A stretch of 64,000 nucleotides of DNA from Synechococcales cyanobacterium VAR_4_metabat_354 (GTDB lineage Bacteria; Cyanobacteriota; Cyanobacteriia; Cyanobacteriales; Chamaesiphonaceae), in contig JANOQI010000054.1 of NCBI GenBank assembly GCA_031414775.1, positions 51,855 to 115,854 on the forward strand, in the 5' to 3' direction. The notes under the pieces were generated by a model that saw only the letters and a list, made by a program, of their open reading frames with translations, was not told where the DNA came from and ran no database searches. Position 1 is the first letter of the stretch, and each line of letters starts with the position of its first letter. Shown in pieces: positions 29,391 to 40,203 of the stretch. Both the position numbers and the translations under genes were made by a program.

Positions 29391-30065
29391 GTGACCATAA
29401 CCAAATTCTTTGGACCGGGTGGCATATTTGAATTAGGCGGCATTGCGATGTGGCCATTAGCACTGCTGTCAGTGCTATCGGTGGCCACTGTTTTAGAGCG
29501 CCTCTGGTTTTGGGTCAGAATTTTAAGTAAAGAAAGAGAAACCATTGACCGGGTGCTAGACGCTAGTACTGCTAATCAATGGGATCAAGCTGCCCAATTT
29601 GCCAGAAACGAGCGAGACAAGCCGATCGGCCGTTTTTTATACGCCCCTTTAAAACGCGAAAATCTCGATCCAGAATCTTTTAAATTAGCTCTAGAAGCCG
29701 AAGCCGAGGAAGAGCTACATGCTATGCGGCGGGGTGAGAAAACCCTACAAGCAATCATTGCCTTAGCGCCGTTATTAGGACTATTAGGTACCGTTTTGGG
29801 TCTAATTCAGTCGCTTGATCGCATTAAACTCACCGATCTCGGATCGAATGTCACCTTGGGGATTAGTCAATCGTTGATTGCGACGGCGACTGGCATGGTG
29901 ATCGCCATTGTCAGTTTGGCTTTTTACTGGGTCTTTCAAGGTTTGCTCTTCAATCAAATTAATTTGTTCCGGCGATCGGGTAATGAGCTAGAGCTACTCT
30001 ATCGAGAAAAGTATTTACACTCTGCTCAACCACCTTCAGCAGTAGAGGAAGCTGAGTTGCTATGA
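29391..30065 (+). CDS. exbB: MotA/TolQ/ExbB proton-channel protein
   Basis: GG..MWPL..LS, APLLGLLGTV.G.I, GIS..L..TA.G. Confidence 0.9.
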   Translation: MTITKFFGPGGIFELGGIAMWPLALLSVLSVATVLERLWFWVRILSKERETIDRVLDASTANQWDQAAQFARNERDKPIGRFLYAPLKRENLDPESFKLALEAEAEEELHAMRRGEKTLQAIIALAPLLGLLGTVLGLIQSLDRIKLTDLGSNVTLGISQSLIATATGMVIAIVSLAFYWVFQGLLFNQINLFRRSGNELELLYREKYLHSAQPPSAVEEAELL

Positions 30066-30643
30066 AAATCAAGCTCGGAAGTGATCACAACCAGACCCCG
30101 CGAGTGGAAATGATTCCGCTGATCGACATCATTTTCTGTATTTTGACTTTCTTCTTGCTGTCAGGAATGCAAATGGCTCGTCAGCAGTCGCTTAATGTGG
30201 ATATTCCCGCTGCTAAAACAGCAGAAGCGCAGACTCGGGAAATCTTGATTGTGAGCCTGGATGCTGCTGGTCAAGCTTTTATTGAACAGCAGCCGGTAAC
30301 GCAGTTAGATGTGTTGCTGCAACAGATTAAAAGTTACCGGATTACCAAACCAAACAGTTCGATCGTACTTTATGCTTCCAAGCAAGTTAAATACGAGCGA
30401 GTCATTGAAGTCTTAGACTTACTCCGACAGGCCGGGGGCGATAATGTGGCACTGGCAACGGTGACAGAGCCAGCGGTTCCCAATCCCACCAGCACTCCAC
30501 TTACTCCCCCAAATTCACTTGCTCCTAGCCCGCCAGTAACGGCGATGCCGTCCCCTTTTAATGTCACGCCAACTGCCCCTAGTCCAACTCCCGCGATGAC
30601 ACCTTTCTCGCCTTCTTTAGCACCTAGCCCGGTACGGCGATAG
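30062..30643 (+). CDS. exbD: ExbD/TolR protein with Pro-rich C-terminal extension
   Basis: IPLIDI.F..L.FF TM motif with conserved Asp; 4-bp overlap with exbB. Confidence 0.9.
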   Translation: MKIKLGSDHNQTPRVEMIPLIDIIFCILTFFLLSGMQMARQQSLNVDIPAAKTAEAQTREILIVSLDAAGQAFIEQQPVTQLDVLLQQIKSYRITKPNSSIVLYASKQVKYERVIEVLDLLRQAGGDNVALATVTEPAVPNPTSTPLTPPNSLAPSPPVTAMPSPFNVTPTAPSPTPAMTPFSPSLAPSPVRR

Positions 30644-32417
30644 TTTGTTGGCCAGCTAATTCAAAAGCCTGGTGAATAGTCTGGAGAGCGATCACCCCTT
30701 GTTCTTGGGGTACTAAGCAACTGACCCGAATCTCTGAAGTAGTAATCATTTGGATGTTGATTCCGGCACTGGCTAGAGCTTGAAACATTTTGCTGGCGAT
30801 GCCCGGTTGACCGATCATGCCAGAACCGACAATGCTAACCTTGGCGATTGCCTCGTCCACAACAATGTCACCACATTCCAAATGAGCCGCTTCTAAGATG
30901 TTTTTGGCATCATAGGCATCAGCCTGGGCAATGGTGCAGGCAATATCGCGGGTCGTCACACCGTTAATTAGGCGGGTGCGCTGGGACTGAATAATCATAT
31001 CGACACTGATATTTTTATCGGCTAGCAGTCCAAAGAGGTGAGCAGCCATGCCTGGTCGATCGGGCACATTCAAGACTGCTAACCGAGCTTGTTTGAGGTC
31101 TAAGGCCACGCCTCGCACTGGAACAGAGTTCAGGTGCTGATCTTCTACCGGTGCTGGAGCAATCCCAATCCCAAAATGTTGGCAGAGCAGCGTTACCGCT
31201 CGATCACATTGGTCGGCGGTAATCACACAGCTCACTTTGATCTCGGAGGTGGAGATCATTTGGATATTAATTTGGGCGTTGGCTAGTAGCCGGAAAATTT
31301 CGGCGGCGATGGCTGGCCGACCAATCATTCCCGCTCCAGCCACACTGATTTTGGCGATTTGATCATCACCCATAACGGTGGCTGTAATTTTACCAGAGGG
31401 AGCGGCGAGGGCGGGGGCGATCGCTTCTGCTACCGACTGGGCACGTTGCATGATCGATCGATCAACGGTGAAAGCAATATCGTTACTGTTGCCCTCGTGA
31501 ATAGACTGAATGATCAAGTCCACATTCACATTCTTTTTACCCATTTCGGTGAATAACTTGCTGGCAATCCCTGGCCGATCAGGAACATGCAGCATTGCAA
31601 TCTTAGCTTGGCCGGTAGTGAATTCCACCGCATCTACTGCCTGGGCAATTTCCAGATTTTTCAGGGGGCGGGGGCTGAGTACTGGTGAAATAACTTTGGT
31701 GCCCGGATCGTCTGTCCAGCTAGATCTGACGACCAAGGGTACGCCGTAATTGCGGGCAATTTCCACCGCCCTGGGATGAAGGACTTTCGCACCTAAGCTG
31801 GCTAATTCCAGCATTTCATCGGCGGTAATCTGCTCCAGCAATTGAGCATTGGCGACTAGGCGCGGATCGGTAGTATAGATGCCCGGTACATCGGTGTAGA
31901 TTTCGCAATAGTCGGCTTTCAGGGCGGCGGCTAAGGCGACAGCAGAGGTATCAGAGCCGCCCCGACCGAGGGTAGTGATTTCTAGGTCATCTAGGCAGCT
32001 AACACCCTGAAAGCCAGCTACTACGACAACTTCCTGTCGATCGAGATGACGGGTAATGCGATCGGTCTCAATTTCTACGATCCGCGCTCGGGTATGTTCT
32101 TTCTCGGTCAGAATGCCCACTTGAGCGCCCGTCAGGGAAATAGCCGCTTGGCCAGCCGCTTGCAGCGCCATACTTAGGAGCGCGATCGTCACCTGCTCGC
32201 CGGTAGCTAGCAACATATCCATTTCCCGGCGAGAGGGCTGAGTGGCGATGTCCTGGGCGAGTGCTACGAGGCCATCGGTTGCTTTGGCCATCGCCGATAC
32301 CACCACTACCACCGAGTTACCGGCGTTAACCGTGCGGATCACTCGTTTAGCGACTTCCTTGATCCGCTCTGCGGAGCCAACAGATGTTCCCCCATATTTT
32401 TGGACGATCAGAGCCAT
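30624..32417 (-). CDS. lysC: Aspartate kinase with four ACT domains
   Basis: KYGGTSVG, GRGGSDT.A, TDV.G..T.DP, two PDRPG/GM.G.P ACT pairs. Confidence 0.96.
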   Translation of the reverse strand: MALIVQKYGGTSVGSAERIKEVAKRVIRTVNAGNSVVVVVSAMAKATDGLVALAQDIATQPSRREMDMLLATGEQVTIALLSMALQAAGQAAISLTGAQVGILTEKEHTRARIVEIETDRITRHLDRQEVVVVAGFQGVSCLDDLEITTLGRGGSDTSAVALAAALKADYCEIYTDVPGIYTTDPRLVANAQLLEQITADEMLELASLGAKVLHPRAVEIARNYGVPLVVRSSWTDDPGTKVISPVLSPRPLKNLEIAQAVDAVEFTTGQAKIAMLHVPDRPGIASKLFTEMGKKNVNVDLIIQSIHEGNSNDIAFTVDRSIMQRAQSVAEAIAPALAAPSGKITATVMGDDQIAKISVAGAGMIGRPAIAAEIFRLLANAQINIQMISTSEIKVSCVITADQCDRAVTLLCQHFGIGIAPAPVEDQHLNSVPVRGVALDLKQARLAVLNVPDRPGMAAHLFGLLADKNISVDMIIQSQRTRLINGVTTRDIACTIAQADAYDAKNILEAAHLECGDIVVDEAIAKVSIVGSGMIGQPGIASKMFQALASAGINIQMITTSEIRVSCLVPQEQGVIALQTIHQAFELAGQQTIAVPG

Positions 32418-32428
32418 TCTTTTCCTCG

Positions 32429-33667
32429 TTAATTTTTCTTGAATTTATCGGTGATCCGTTGCATGGCTTCGTTCACATTGGCACGGCTATTAAAAGCCGA
32501 AATCCGAAAATAGCCTTCCCCTGCGGCTCCAAACCCAGAACCAGGCGTACCCACAACATTACAGCTGTGGAGTAGCTTGTCAAAAAAGTCCCAGCTGGAG
32601 AGACCATCGGGGGTTTTTACCCAGACATAAGGAGCATTGATACCGCCATAAACTTGCAGTCCAGCGGCGCTCAGTTGGGCACGAATGATCTGGGCGTTTT
32701 CCATGTAAAAGTTCACCAAAGCCTTGGTCTGAGCTTGACCATCCGGTGAGTAAACCGCCTCCGCACCGCGTTGCACGATGTAAGAAACCCCGTTGAATTT
32801 AGTCGATTGGCGGCGATTCCAGAGCTTCCATAGCTCCACGTCTGAACCATCAGCGGCTTTGCCAGTAAGAGTTTTGGGCACCACGCTGAGAGCGCAGCGA
32901 GTACCAGTGAATCCGGCATTTTTAGAAAAAGAACGGAATTCGATCGCACAGTCCCGAGCACCGGGAATTTCGTAAATGGAATGGGGAATATCCGGATCAG
33001 TGATGAACGCTTCATAAGCCGCATCAAAAAAGATGATCGAGCCGTGGGCTTTAGCGTAATCGACCCAAGCCTGAAGATGTTCTCTGGTGGCCACGGCACC
33101 AGTGGGATTATTCGGAAAGCATAGATAGATTAGGTCTACTTTTTGGCTGGGAATCTGGGCGGTAAAGTTATTTTCAGCCGTTACTGGCAAATAAACCAAG
33201 CCCCCATATTCACCTTTTTCATTAGCTTCGCCCGTGTGGCCAGCCATCACATTGGTGTCTACATAGACTGGGTAAACTGGATCGGTGACCGCGATCGAGT
33301 TATTGTGGCCAAAAATATCCAGCATATTGCCGTTGTCGCACTTAGAACCATCGGAGATGAAAATTTCATCGGCACTAATATCACAACCCCGCGCCTGAAA
33401 GTCTTGAGCGGCAATTTTTTCCCGCAGCCATGCATAGCCTTGCTCGGGGCCATAGCCCTTAAAACCAGCGGGGTTGCCCATGTCTTCGACAGCGGTAATC
33501 ATAGCCGATCGACAGGCAGCTGGCAGTGGTTCGGTCACATCGCCAATCCCCAGCCGAATAATCGGAGCCTGGGGATGATCGGCTGCAAAGTTATTTACTC
33601 GCCGTGCAATTTCTGGAAACAAGTACCCAGCCTTAAGCTTGAGGTAGTTATCGTTGATAGTAGCCAC
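32429..33667 (-). CDS. dapL: LL-diaminopimelate aminotransferase
   Basis: GYLFPEI, LGIGD, DG.KCD, PNNPTG, SFSK.AGFTG.R. Confidence 0.96.
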   Translation of the reverse strand: MATINDNYLKLKAGYLFPEIARRVNNFAADHPQAPIIRLGIGDVTEPLPAACRSAMITAVEDMGNPAGFKGYGPEQGYAWLREKIAAQDFQARGCDISADEIFISDGSKCDNGNMLDIFGHNNSIAVTDPVYPVYVDTNVMAGHTGEANEKGEYGGLVYLPVTAENNFTAQIPSQKVDLIYLCFPNNPTGAVATREHLQAWVDYAKAHGSIIFFDAAYEAFITDPDIPHSIYEIPGARDCAIEFRSFSKNAGFTGTRCALSVVPKTLTGKAADGSDVELWKLWNRRQSTKFNGVSYIVQRGAEAVYSPDGQAQTKALVNFYMENAQIIRAQLSAAGLQVYGGINAPYVWVKTPDGLSSWDFFDKLLHSCNVVGTPGSGFGAAGEGYFRISAFNSRANVNEAMQRITDKFKKN

Positions 33668-33738
33668 AGTTGTCTCTTCTTGAACGTTATTGTGACCCTA
33701 GTTTACCTGCTGAGCTGCCTCAATTGGTATCTCCAGGA

Positions 33739-34671
33739 TCAATCGGTGCTGGCATTTTCGGCCTTTTTGGGCAGTGGCCGCACTGTCGGCCTCGCGATCA
33801 CCTCTGCGTTCTCCCCTGACTTTTTGATGATTGGTCGTCCCGCTGGAATGTCCGACCCACGGACATCTTTAGGATCATCACCTTCATACTTCCGGAAAGA
33901 CCTTTGCCCTCCGGCACCTTTACTTGGTTTTGGCCGCAGAGTAGCTACCTGATTTCCAGTTCTAATCACTAAGTCATCGCCTTGGCGCAGTACATCAAAC
34001 TCCCAAAAATCTCCTACCATTTTTTGAGGGAAATCGCCAATCAGACGTAGTTTAAAGTGGCGCGGTTCTTCATCTTTTTTACGAGCGGCCTGCCGCACTT
34101 TTACAAAAATTTCCTTGGTATCCCGTGCCTGAAAAATCACTTCACCTCGCACCGAAAAATAATTATCGGGGATGCCAATATGATCGGGAGTTGGTAGTTT
34201 TTCCTCAGCAGCATTGGCCGCCGCTGCTGCCGTACCCTCATTGCCATAAACTAATTTAGGATCCCAAATTCCCATCACCTGAATATGCAATTTGCCATCA
34301 TCCTTGCGAATGCGGGGATATACCACCCACAAATGAGACTGCTCTAAATCCAGATGTTTTTTAGTCAGGCTCATAATCCGACCTAGCAATACAGCATCAA
34401 TCAGAGTGCCATCGTCAGCAAGCATGGAACCCCTGGTCAATTCATCGGGAGCTGGTGAATATTTGCCCTGCACCAAGCCGATCGCTCGGTACTGCAATGG
34501 TTCACTGGCCAACGGAATCGGCATATTACCGTTAAGTTCCAGCATTGGTAGTGCTGGTGGGTAATCTCGTGGTGTTCGTGATGGTTTAGCGACTTCACTC
34601 TTCGGACGCTTCACAGGTTTGTTTGGTTTAGGAGCTAAGGATGGCTCGGTCGAAAAATTTTCGGAACTCAT
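33739..34671 (-). CDS. Hypothetical protein
   Basis: Long ORF co-oriented with dapL; QYRAIG and LWVVYPR blocks look conserved; alternative start 34716. Confidence 0.7.
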   Translation of the reverse strand: MSSENFSTEPSLAPKPNKPVKRPKSEVAKPSRTPRDYPPALPMLELNGNMPIPLASEPLQYRAIGLVQGKYSPAPDELTRGSMLADDGTLIDAVLLGRIMSLTKKHLDLEQSHLWVVYPRIRKDDGKLHIQVMGIWDPKLVYGNEGTAAAAANAAEEKLPTPDHIGIPDNYFSVRGEVIFQARDTKEIFVKVRQAARKKDEEPRHFKLRLIGDFPQKMVGDFWEFDVLRQGDDLVIRTGNQVATLRPKPSKGAGGQRSFRKYEGDDPKDVRGSDIPAGRPIIKKSGENAEVIARPTVRPLPKKAENASTD

Positions 34672-34757
34672 AATGCACTGGGGGTAGCGAGAGAATTCTT
34701 CTCTCGATTTACTCAACTAATAAATAATATTGTATTTTTTTATGGCCTAGCTGCGGC

Positions 34758-36269
34758 CTAACGAGTGATGACGACCTGATTTTTACGCTGCTTGCGGCTC
34801 AGACTGACAATTAGCTTGGGTTTAACGGCCTCAAACTCCTCTTTTAGATATTTTCTACTGACTTTTTGCTCATTAGAACTAGGTGTGATTTGACTCTCTG
34901 CCAGCCATTCTTCTAATTTTAAAACTTTTGTACTAGGAATTTTACCTTTAATGATGCTAATACAATGATCATCTCCGTCTAGACCAAAAAATAAGAGGCG
35001 GTAGCTTTGAGTTTTGGCTAATGTGCTCAAGGTTTTTTCACTAGTTTGCTTCTTTAAGTCTAAATAGGAAGGGAGTAAACGATGCTGTTGTTCGTTGTGA
35101 TAGAGCGCAGCAATCCAGAGCAGCATGGGATGTGGTGTCGCCAAAAAGAGGAACTGACAATGGGGTGGTTGTTGTTTGTAATAGTTGATTTCGGCGCGCG
35201 ACAGCATAATCCACAGAGTGGCTCCTACCTCTGATTCATATTCCATCAAACGGGGGAAAACAATTTCGGCTCGGGGTTTATCGGCTGGCCAGGTGGCTTG
35301 CAAGCATAATTCATCGAGGCTATTAACTTTTTTGGTCGATTTGGCTGGGCGTTTACCGCTAGAAGTAGTCGTTCCCGAAATATAGGTGGATTCGAGCAGC
35401 TCGATCGCATGTAGAATTTCTTCGACGTTTTGGGGTCGATCTTTAACAGATTTAGCCATGCAGCTCATCACTAATTCTTCGACCTCTTGGGGCAAATCCA
35501 GTGTGGGGCAGGCTTCTTTGAAAGATTTGGGGGCAACTTTATGATGGACGTTAAACCAGCCCTCAAAAGAACTAGCGGACGGACGCAAGGGCAATTCCCC
35601 GGTGAGCATCTGGAACATCATGATCCCCAGACTGTAAATGTCCGATCGATTGTCTAAGACCTTGCCTTCCATTTGCTCGGGTGAACAATAGGCGGGAGTG
35701 CCCATAAAACCTGTCGGGGAGTCATCGGACTGAAGCAGGGCAATGCCAAAGTCTAGAACCTTTACAAAATCCCCCAAAGTGGGATTTTGGGTCACAATAA
35801 TGTTGCTGGGCTTGATGTCGCGGTGAATTACCTGGCACAGATTTCCCTCAATTTCAATTCCTTCGTGAGCGCAATCTAAACCAAGACAAATTTGGCGTAG
35901 AACATTAAAAAACCGGGGCAATGGCATGGGGCGCTTGTGGATAATATCTTTGAGACTATCGCCCTGTAAAAATTCCATTACATAGAAGGGCATCTCGGTC
36001 TCATCCAAGCCATAGTCGCGCACTTTGACGATGTGAATACTGTTTTCACCCAACAAGGCACTAATGGTGGCCTCTTGCATAAACCTGTCGCGAATTTTTT
36101 GGGTGAGGCTGGCTTTCGATAAAAACTTCACTGCAACCTTTACGCCACCCAACAGCATATCTTTTGCCAGATACACTTGACCCATGGAACCCTTGCCAGC
36201 TATTTCTAGCAGCTGATAGCGCTGCATGATCAGCCGACCATAATTCTCATCTTTATTACTCATTACCAA
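34758..36269 (-). CDS. Ser/Thr protein kinase with unknown C-terminal domain
   Basis: G.GSMG.V, VAVK, HRDIKPSN, DFG, GTPAYCSPEQ, DIYSLG. Confidence 0.93.
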   Translation of the reverse strand: MVMSNKDENYGRLIMQRYQLLEIAGKGSMGQVYLAKDMLLGGVKVAVKFLSKASLTQKIRDRFMQEATISALLGENSIHIVKVRDYGLDETEMPFYVMEFLQGDSLKDIIHKRPMPLPRFFNVLRQICLGLDCAHEGIEIEGNLCQVIHRDIKPSNIIVTQNPTLGDFVKVLDFGIALLQSDDSPTGFMGTPAYCSPEQMEGKVLDNRSDIYSLGIMMFQMLTGELPLRPSASSFEGWFNVHHKVAPKSFKEACPTLDLPQEVEELVMSCMAKSVKDRPQNVEEILHAIELLESTYISGTTTSSGKRPAKSTKKVNSLDELCLQATWPADKPRAEIVFPRLMEYESEVGATLWIMLSRAEINYYKQQPPHCQFLFLATPHPMLLWIAALYHNEQQHRLLPSYLDLKKQTSEKTLSTLAKTQSYRLLFFGLDGDDHCISIIKGKIPSTKVLKLEEWLAESQITPSSNEQKVSRKYLKEEFEAVKPKLIVSLSRKQRKNQVVITR

Positions 36270-36390
36270 TCTGCCTCCACAAAGGTAGTTGCGGTGCAGG
36301 GTAACAATTGGCGATCGCCGGAGCGGGGAGAACCATGACTGTGGTCAACTCTTTTTACAATATACAAGCGAAAACTTCCTGGCAGCTTGC

Positions 36391-36834
36391 CTAACACTGG
36401 CGACTAAACTGCAATTCCATCAGGCTAGCGAGACGATTCATACAAATAGAACTATGTGCTAAGCGATAATTATTATGATCGATTTGATGAAAAGCCTCAA
36501 AGCCAGTCCGCTTGTGCTGATCATCTAAAACCCAGTAGCGTTGCACCACTGAGTCTGAACCTATCCAACCTTCTCCTTCAATCTTCCCCATTTGACTATG
36601 AGTCAAAATAAATGTGTACTGCTGGGCACCAGGTTCTAAGTAACCACGATACTGCCAGGTAATGTCTGGATGGGACTGATCTGGAATGCTTAACTTAGTA
36701 ATCATCGTAAACCAATTATCCATGCTCCAAGCTACAACTGTCTTACCAGTTACAGTTAGAGGCGGCTTGTTATCTTCTTGCCAGATCCCGGAGGATTTCC
36801 AACGACCGGGCTGAAGTAAAAAAGTATGTGTCAC
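36391..36834 (-). CDS. Hypothetical protein, predicted beta-rich
   Basis: ORF HTFLLQPGRW... filling the gap between anmK and the kinase. Confidence 0.7.
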   Translation of the reverse strand: MTHTFLLQPGRWKSSGIWQEDNKPPLTVTGKTVVAWSMDNWFTMITKLSIPDQSHPDITWQYRGYLEPGAQQYTFILTHSQMGKIEGEGWIGSDSVVQRYWVLDDQHKRTGFEAFHQIDHNNYRLAHSSICMNRLASLMELQFSRQC

Positions 36835-36909
36835 TGGTCAATTGCATTAGTGAGAGATGGATCAAAAGATACCAGATTAATATACCCAGCTGGTGAGTAG
36901 CGTTCACAG

Positions 36910-38046
36910 TTACTGTAATGTGAATTCATGAATGTCTCCTAGAAGTACGGCTGAACTAGCCCCAGTGACTAGCCGTAAATTGCCTGGAATCTGGTGCCAG
37001 CGCCAATAGGCTAAGACAGCGAAGGCAATCGCCTCCTTAAAATCGCTATCTAAGCCAGCGGCGATGGTAGTTGTCACTTGGGCGGTGGGTAAGAGTTCTT
37101 GTAGACATTTCTTTAAGAAAAGATTATGTGCTCCGCCACCACAGAGTAATACTTTGTCGGGTTGATGGGGCAAGCGGCGATAGCTAGTGGCAATGCTAGC
37201 GGCGGTGAGAGCCGTAATGGTGGCCAAAAAGTCGGGGGCACTGAGCTGACTGGCATCTTGGCGACAAGCCCGGAGATACTCTCGGCCAAACAGCTCTCGG
37301 CCAGTAGATTTGGGGGGTGCCATCTGGAAATATTCTTGCTGGAGCCACTGCTCTACTAAAGCCTGACAGACCTGACCCTGTGCTGCCCAGGCACCATCTT
37401 GATCGTAGGTTTTTTGACCATTGCTCAGTTCGCTCACTGCCAGGTCAATCAGGCTGTTGCCTGGTCCTGTGTCCCAGCCAGTAATTTGGGATTCCCAGTT
37501 GACTTGGGAGCGGGGTGGCAAGTAGGTGAAGTTGCCGATGCCCCCAATATTTTGAATACAAAGATGGGCATCTCGATCGCTTAACAAGTAAGCATCAACT
37601 TTGGGGACTAGCGGTGCTCCTTGGCCACCCGCTGCAATATCGGCAGCCCGAAAATTATCGATGACCATCAGCCCGGTTTGTCTGGCGATCACAGCACCCC
37701 GGCCAATCTGGTGGCTATAGCCGAGTTGCTGGGGGGTAGCGGGACGATGAAAAACTGTTTGGCCGTGGGAACCAATTAGTTTCGCTACTTGGTGGGTAGC
37801 TTGGATATTTTGGACTGCTGTGGCAAAACAATGAGCGATCGCATCATCTAGCTGGGCTAGTTCGGCCATGCTCAGTTTGGCTCCAGCACAAACATCTAAA
37901 ATTTGCTGGCGCAGAGCGGGGGGATAGGGATAGGTATCACCAGCGATCAGTTGCACTTGTAAATCGGTGGTGGTGCCCTGAATCTCTACTAGGGCGGCAT
38001 CAATGCCATCCACGGACGTACCGCTCATCAGTCCAATGACTAACAT
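36910..38046 (-). CDS. anmK: Anhydro-N-acetylmuramic acid kinase
   Basis: [50 protein letters not shown]. Confidence 0.95.
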   Translation of the reverse strand: MLVIGLMSGTSVDGIDAALVEIQGTTTDLQVQLIAGDTYPYPPALRQQILDVCAGAKLSMAELAQLDDAIAHCFATAVQNIQATHQVAKLIGSHGQTVFHRPATPQQLGYSHQIGRGAVIARQTGLMVIDNFRAADIAAGGQGAPLVPKVDAYLLSDRDAHLCIQNIGGIGNFTYLPPRSQVNWESQITGWDTGPGNSLIDLAVSELSNGQKTYDQDGAWAAQGQVCQALVEQWLQQEYFQMAPPKSTGRELFGREYLRACRQDASQLSAPDFLATITALTAASIATSYRRLPHQPDKVLLCGGGAHNLFLKKCLQELLPTAQVTTTIAAGLDSDFKEAIAFAVLAYWRWHQIPGNLRLVTGASSAVLLGDIHEFTLQ

Positions 38047-38073
38047 CTGGCGACTCCTCTGTTTACACTTACG

Positions 38074-38949
38074 CTAATTATCATGGAAAGCCGGTGTGGA
38101 TAGAAAGCCAACAGTAGCATCGAGAGCTATTACTGGCAGGTCTTCACCAAAAATCTTGCGTACCTTGATTTCTCGATAAAACTCTTCTTGGCTGAGTTCT
38201 ACCTTGGATTGGGACGAGAGCAGTAGTAGTGCCCAGAATACCCCGACTCGATCGTGAGTAGTAATTTCACCCTGATCGTTTTCCATAGCTTTGACCCACA
38301 GACGCAACAAGTCTTCTAAGTCAATCCAGTCTAGCTCAGTGGCTTGTAAGAATTCAGCCAGCTGGGCCGCTGTTTCGGTGAGGTTTTCGCTGTGGGCTAA
38401 GTCGGCAATCGCTTGGGCTGCTTTGGTGGCCGAAAGATTGACTATTCTGGCTTTACGTGGGCGGAGTGGCTGATCGCTCATTTTGGCGGCGATCGATCGC
38501 AACTGCTGAATTAAATCCTGGAGGGTCACTGGCCGCCGTTGCATGGGGCTAGAAGTGAGGCGACGGCGAATCCGTTGTTCTAAGTTGGGCGGTAGTGCCC
38601 GCAACTCCAACAGAGCCAACTGGTCAGTATCATCGAGCAAGAAATCTTCTTCAATCTCTGGAAACTGTTGCTCTTCGAGGCTATTGGCTTTAAGCAGTAC
38701 TAGCATGGCTGCCCACAAAAAGGCTTGACCAGAAAGAGATAAATTAGCCTGTTTATCGCCAGCCATCGCCGCAATTTGTTGCGGAATTCGGCTGAGATGA
38801 TTGTCAATCACATCAATCACCTGCACATCCCAGGGGTTGATTTCTCCCCGTTGAGCCAGATCAATTAATAGGTCGATCCCCAGCTGGGTTAAGGCATGGG
38901 GGTCGATCTCTGGCGATCGGACTTGTTCTCGTTCTGGGAGTAGCACCAT
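38074..38949 (-). CDS. scpA: Segregation/condensation protein A
   Basis: GEI.PWDV, AA.L..LKA, C-terminal FWALLLL...KV.L.Q..FY kleisin motif. Confidence 0.85.
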   Translation of the reverse strand: MVLLPEREQVRSPEIDPHALTQLGIDLLIDLAQRGEINPWDVQVIDVIDNHLSRIPQQIAAMAGDKQANLSLSGQAFLWAAMLVLLKANSLEEQQFPEIEEDFLLDDTDQLALLELRALPPNLEQRIRRRLTSSPMQRRPVTLQDLIQQLRSIAAKMSDQPLRPRKARIVNLSATKAAQAIADLAHSENLTETAAQLAEFLQATELDWIDLEDLLRLWVKAMENDQGEITTHDRVGVFWALLLLSSQSKVELSQEEFYREIKVRKIFGEDLPVIALDATVGFLSTPAFHDN

Positions 38950-39035
38950 TTATTTAATTATGAGCAATAACACTTAGCTAAATACGTGAAAATAAAATTC
39001 AAGTGAAAAATTGGTAAAAGGTTAAGAATATTTTT

Positions 39036-40109
39036 TTAACGTTCTTCACTGGTAGCCAGCGCGAGTTCCTCTTCTTTTTGGGATTGGCGAATCATATCGA
39101 TAGTACTCTTGATCGTACCAGCGATCGGCACTCCTACTAACACTCCCAAAAAGCCCGCAATTTGCAAACCCACCAGCACCGCTAGCAGAATCATCACCGG
39201 ATTGAGACCAATAAAGTCACCCATCAGTTTGGGAGCTAAAAAATTATCCTTAACCTGCTGCAAGACAAAAGAGGTGCCGCCGACCCACAAGGCTAAGGGC
39301 AAACTTTTCAGGAGCACTAACAAGGTGACAATGCCGATGCCCAAAGTGGCTCCCACAAAGGGAATTAATTGAGACAGTCCAATGAAAATGGCGAAAGACA
39401 GGCCAAAGGGGACATTTAAGAAAAAGAAAATAATGGTCAAAGCTAGAGCCATAAAGCCCCCTAGCAAAAATTGACTGATGAAAAAACGCTGAAAATTCAT
39501 CCGTAGGGATTCACCCAAAGAATATCCCCAGGGCGGGGGCAACACTTTGATAATTCCATTCCACATCTTGTCGCCATCGATCAGCATATAAACACTTAAA
39601 ACGATGATCAAGAAGAAGTCTAGCAGGCCGGAGGCGGTGCCTACTGCTAAAGTGACTACCTGACTAGCAAAGCCTTCAATTTGTCGTTGCAAGTTGGAGT
39701 TGATTTGGGTGCGTAATACATTAAAATCCAGGCGTAGACCACGCTTTTGGGCTAGCTGCTCTAGGTCATTAATATTTTGATTACTGCCCTGAATCCATTT
39801 GGGTACTTGTTCGGAGAGTCCGGCCACTTGTTCGATGACACTGGGCACAACCGTTACGGCTAGTACTACTACTAGTACTAAAGAAATTATCAGTACTACA
39901 AACACTGCTTGCGATCGACTAATGGCGGCTCGATCAAGGAACCGAACTGGGTAATTGAGTAAAAAAGCCACGATTGCCGAAACTACTAGGATCGTGATGA
40001 GGTGCTCAAAATACCGAAAAACTTGGGAAAATAACCAAATATTAATGGCGGTAGCCGCACTGAGCAGCAGCCATACTAATAATTTATTGGCGTTGATTGA
40101 TCGCCACAT
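39036..40109 (-). CDS. AI-2E family transporter
   Basis: AFLL.YPV, IPFVGA, QQ..DN...PK.MG..GL.P; multiple TM segments. Confidence 0.9.
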   Translation of the reverse strand: MWRSINANKLLVWLLLSAATAINIWLFSQVFRYFEHLITILVVSAIVAFLLNYPVRFLDRAAISRSQAVFVVLIISLVLVVVLAVTVVPSVIEQVAGLSEQVPKWIQGSNQNINDLEQLAQKRGLRLDFNVLRTQINSNLQRQIEGFASQVVTLAVGTASGLLDFFLIIVLSVYMLIDGDKMWNGIIKVLPPPWGYSLGESLRMNFQRFFISQFLLGGFMALALTIIFFFLNVPFGLSFAIFIGLSQLIPFVGATLGIGIVTLLVLLKSLPLALWVGGTSFVLQQVKDNFLAPKLMGDFIGLNPVMILLAVLVGLQIAGFLGVLVGVPIAGTIKSTIDMIRQSQKEEELALATSEER

Positions 40110-40203
40110 GCAAAATTAAGGGGTGAAATATTGCTCCCAATCTAACATTCTTGGCCATTGTTAACTCTTGCCCAAGAATTAGCCGGAACATGACAACGTA
40201 TAA

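Noticed and set aside
33143..33952. 269-aa plus-strand ORF
   Set aside because: Antisense to dapL and its upstream gene; no recognisable motifs
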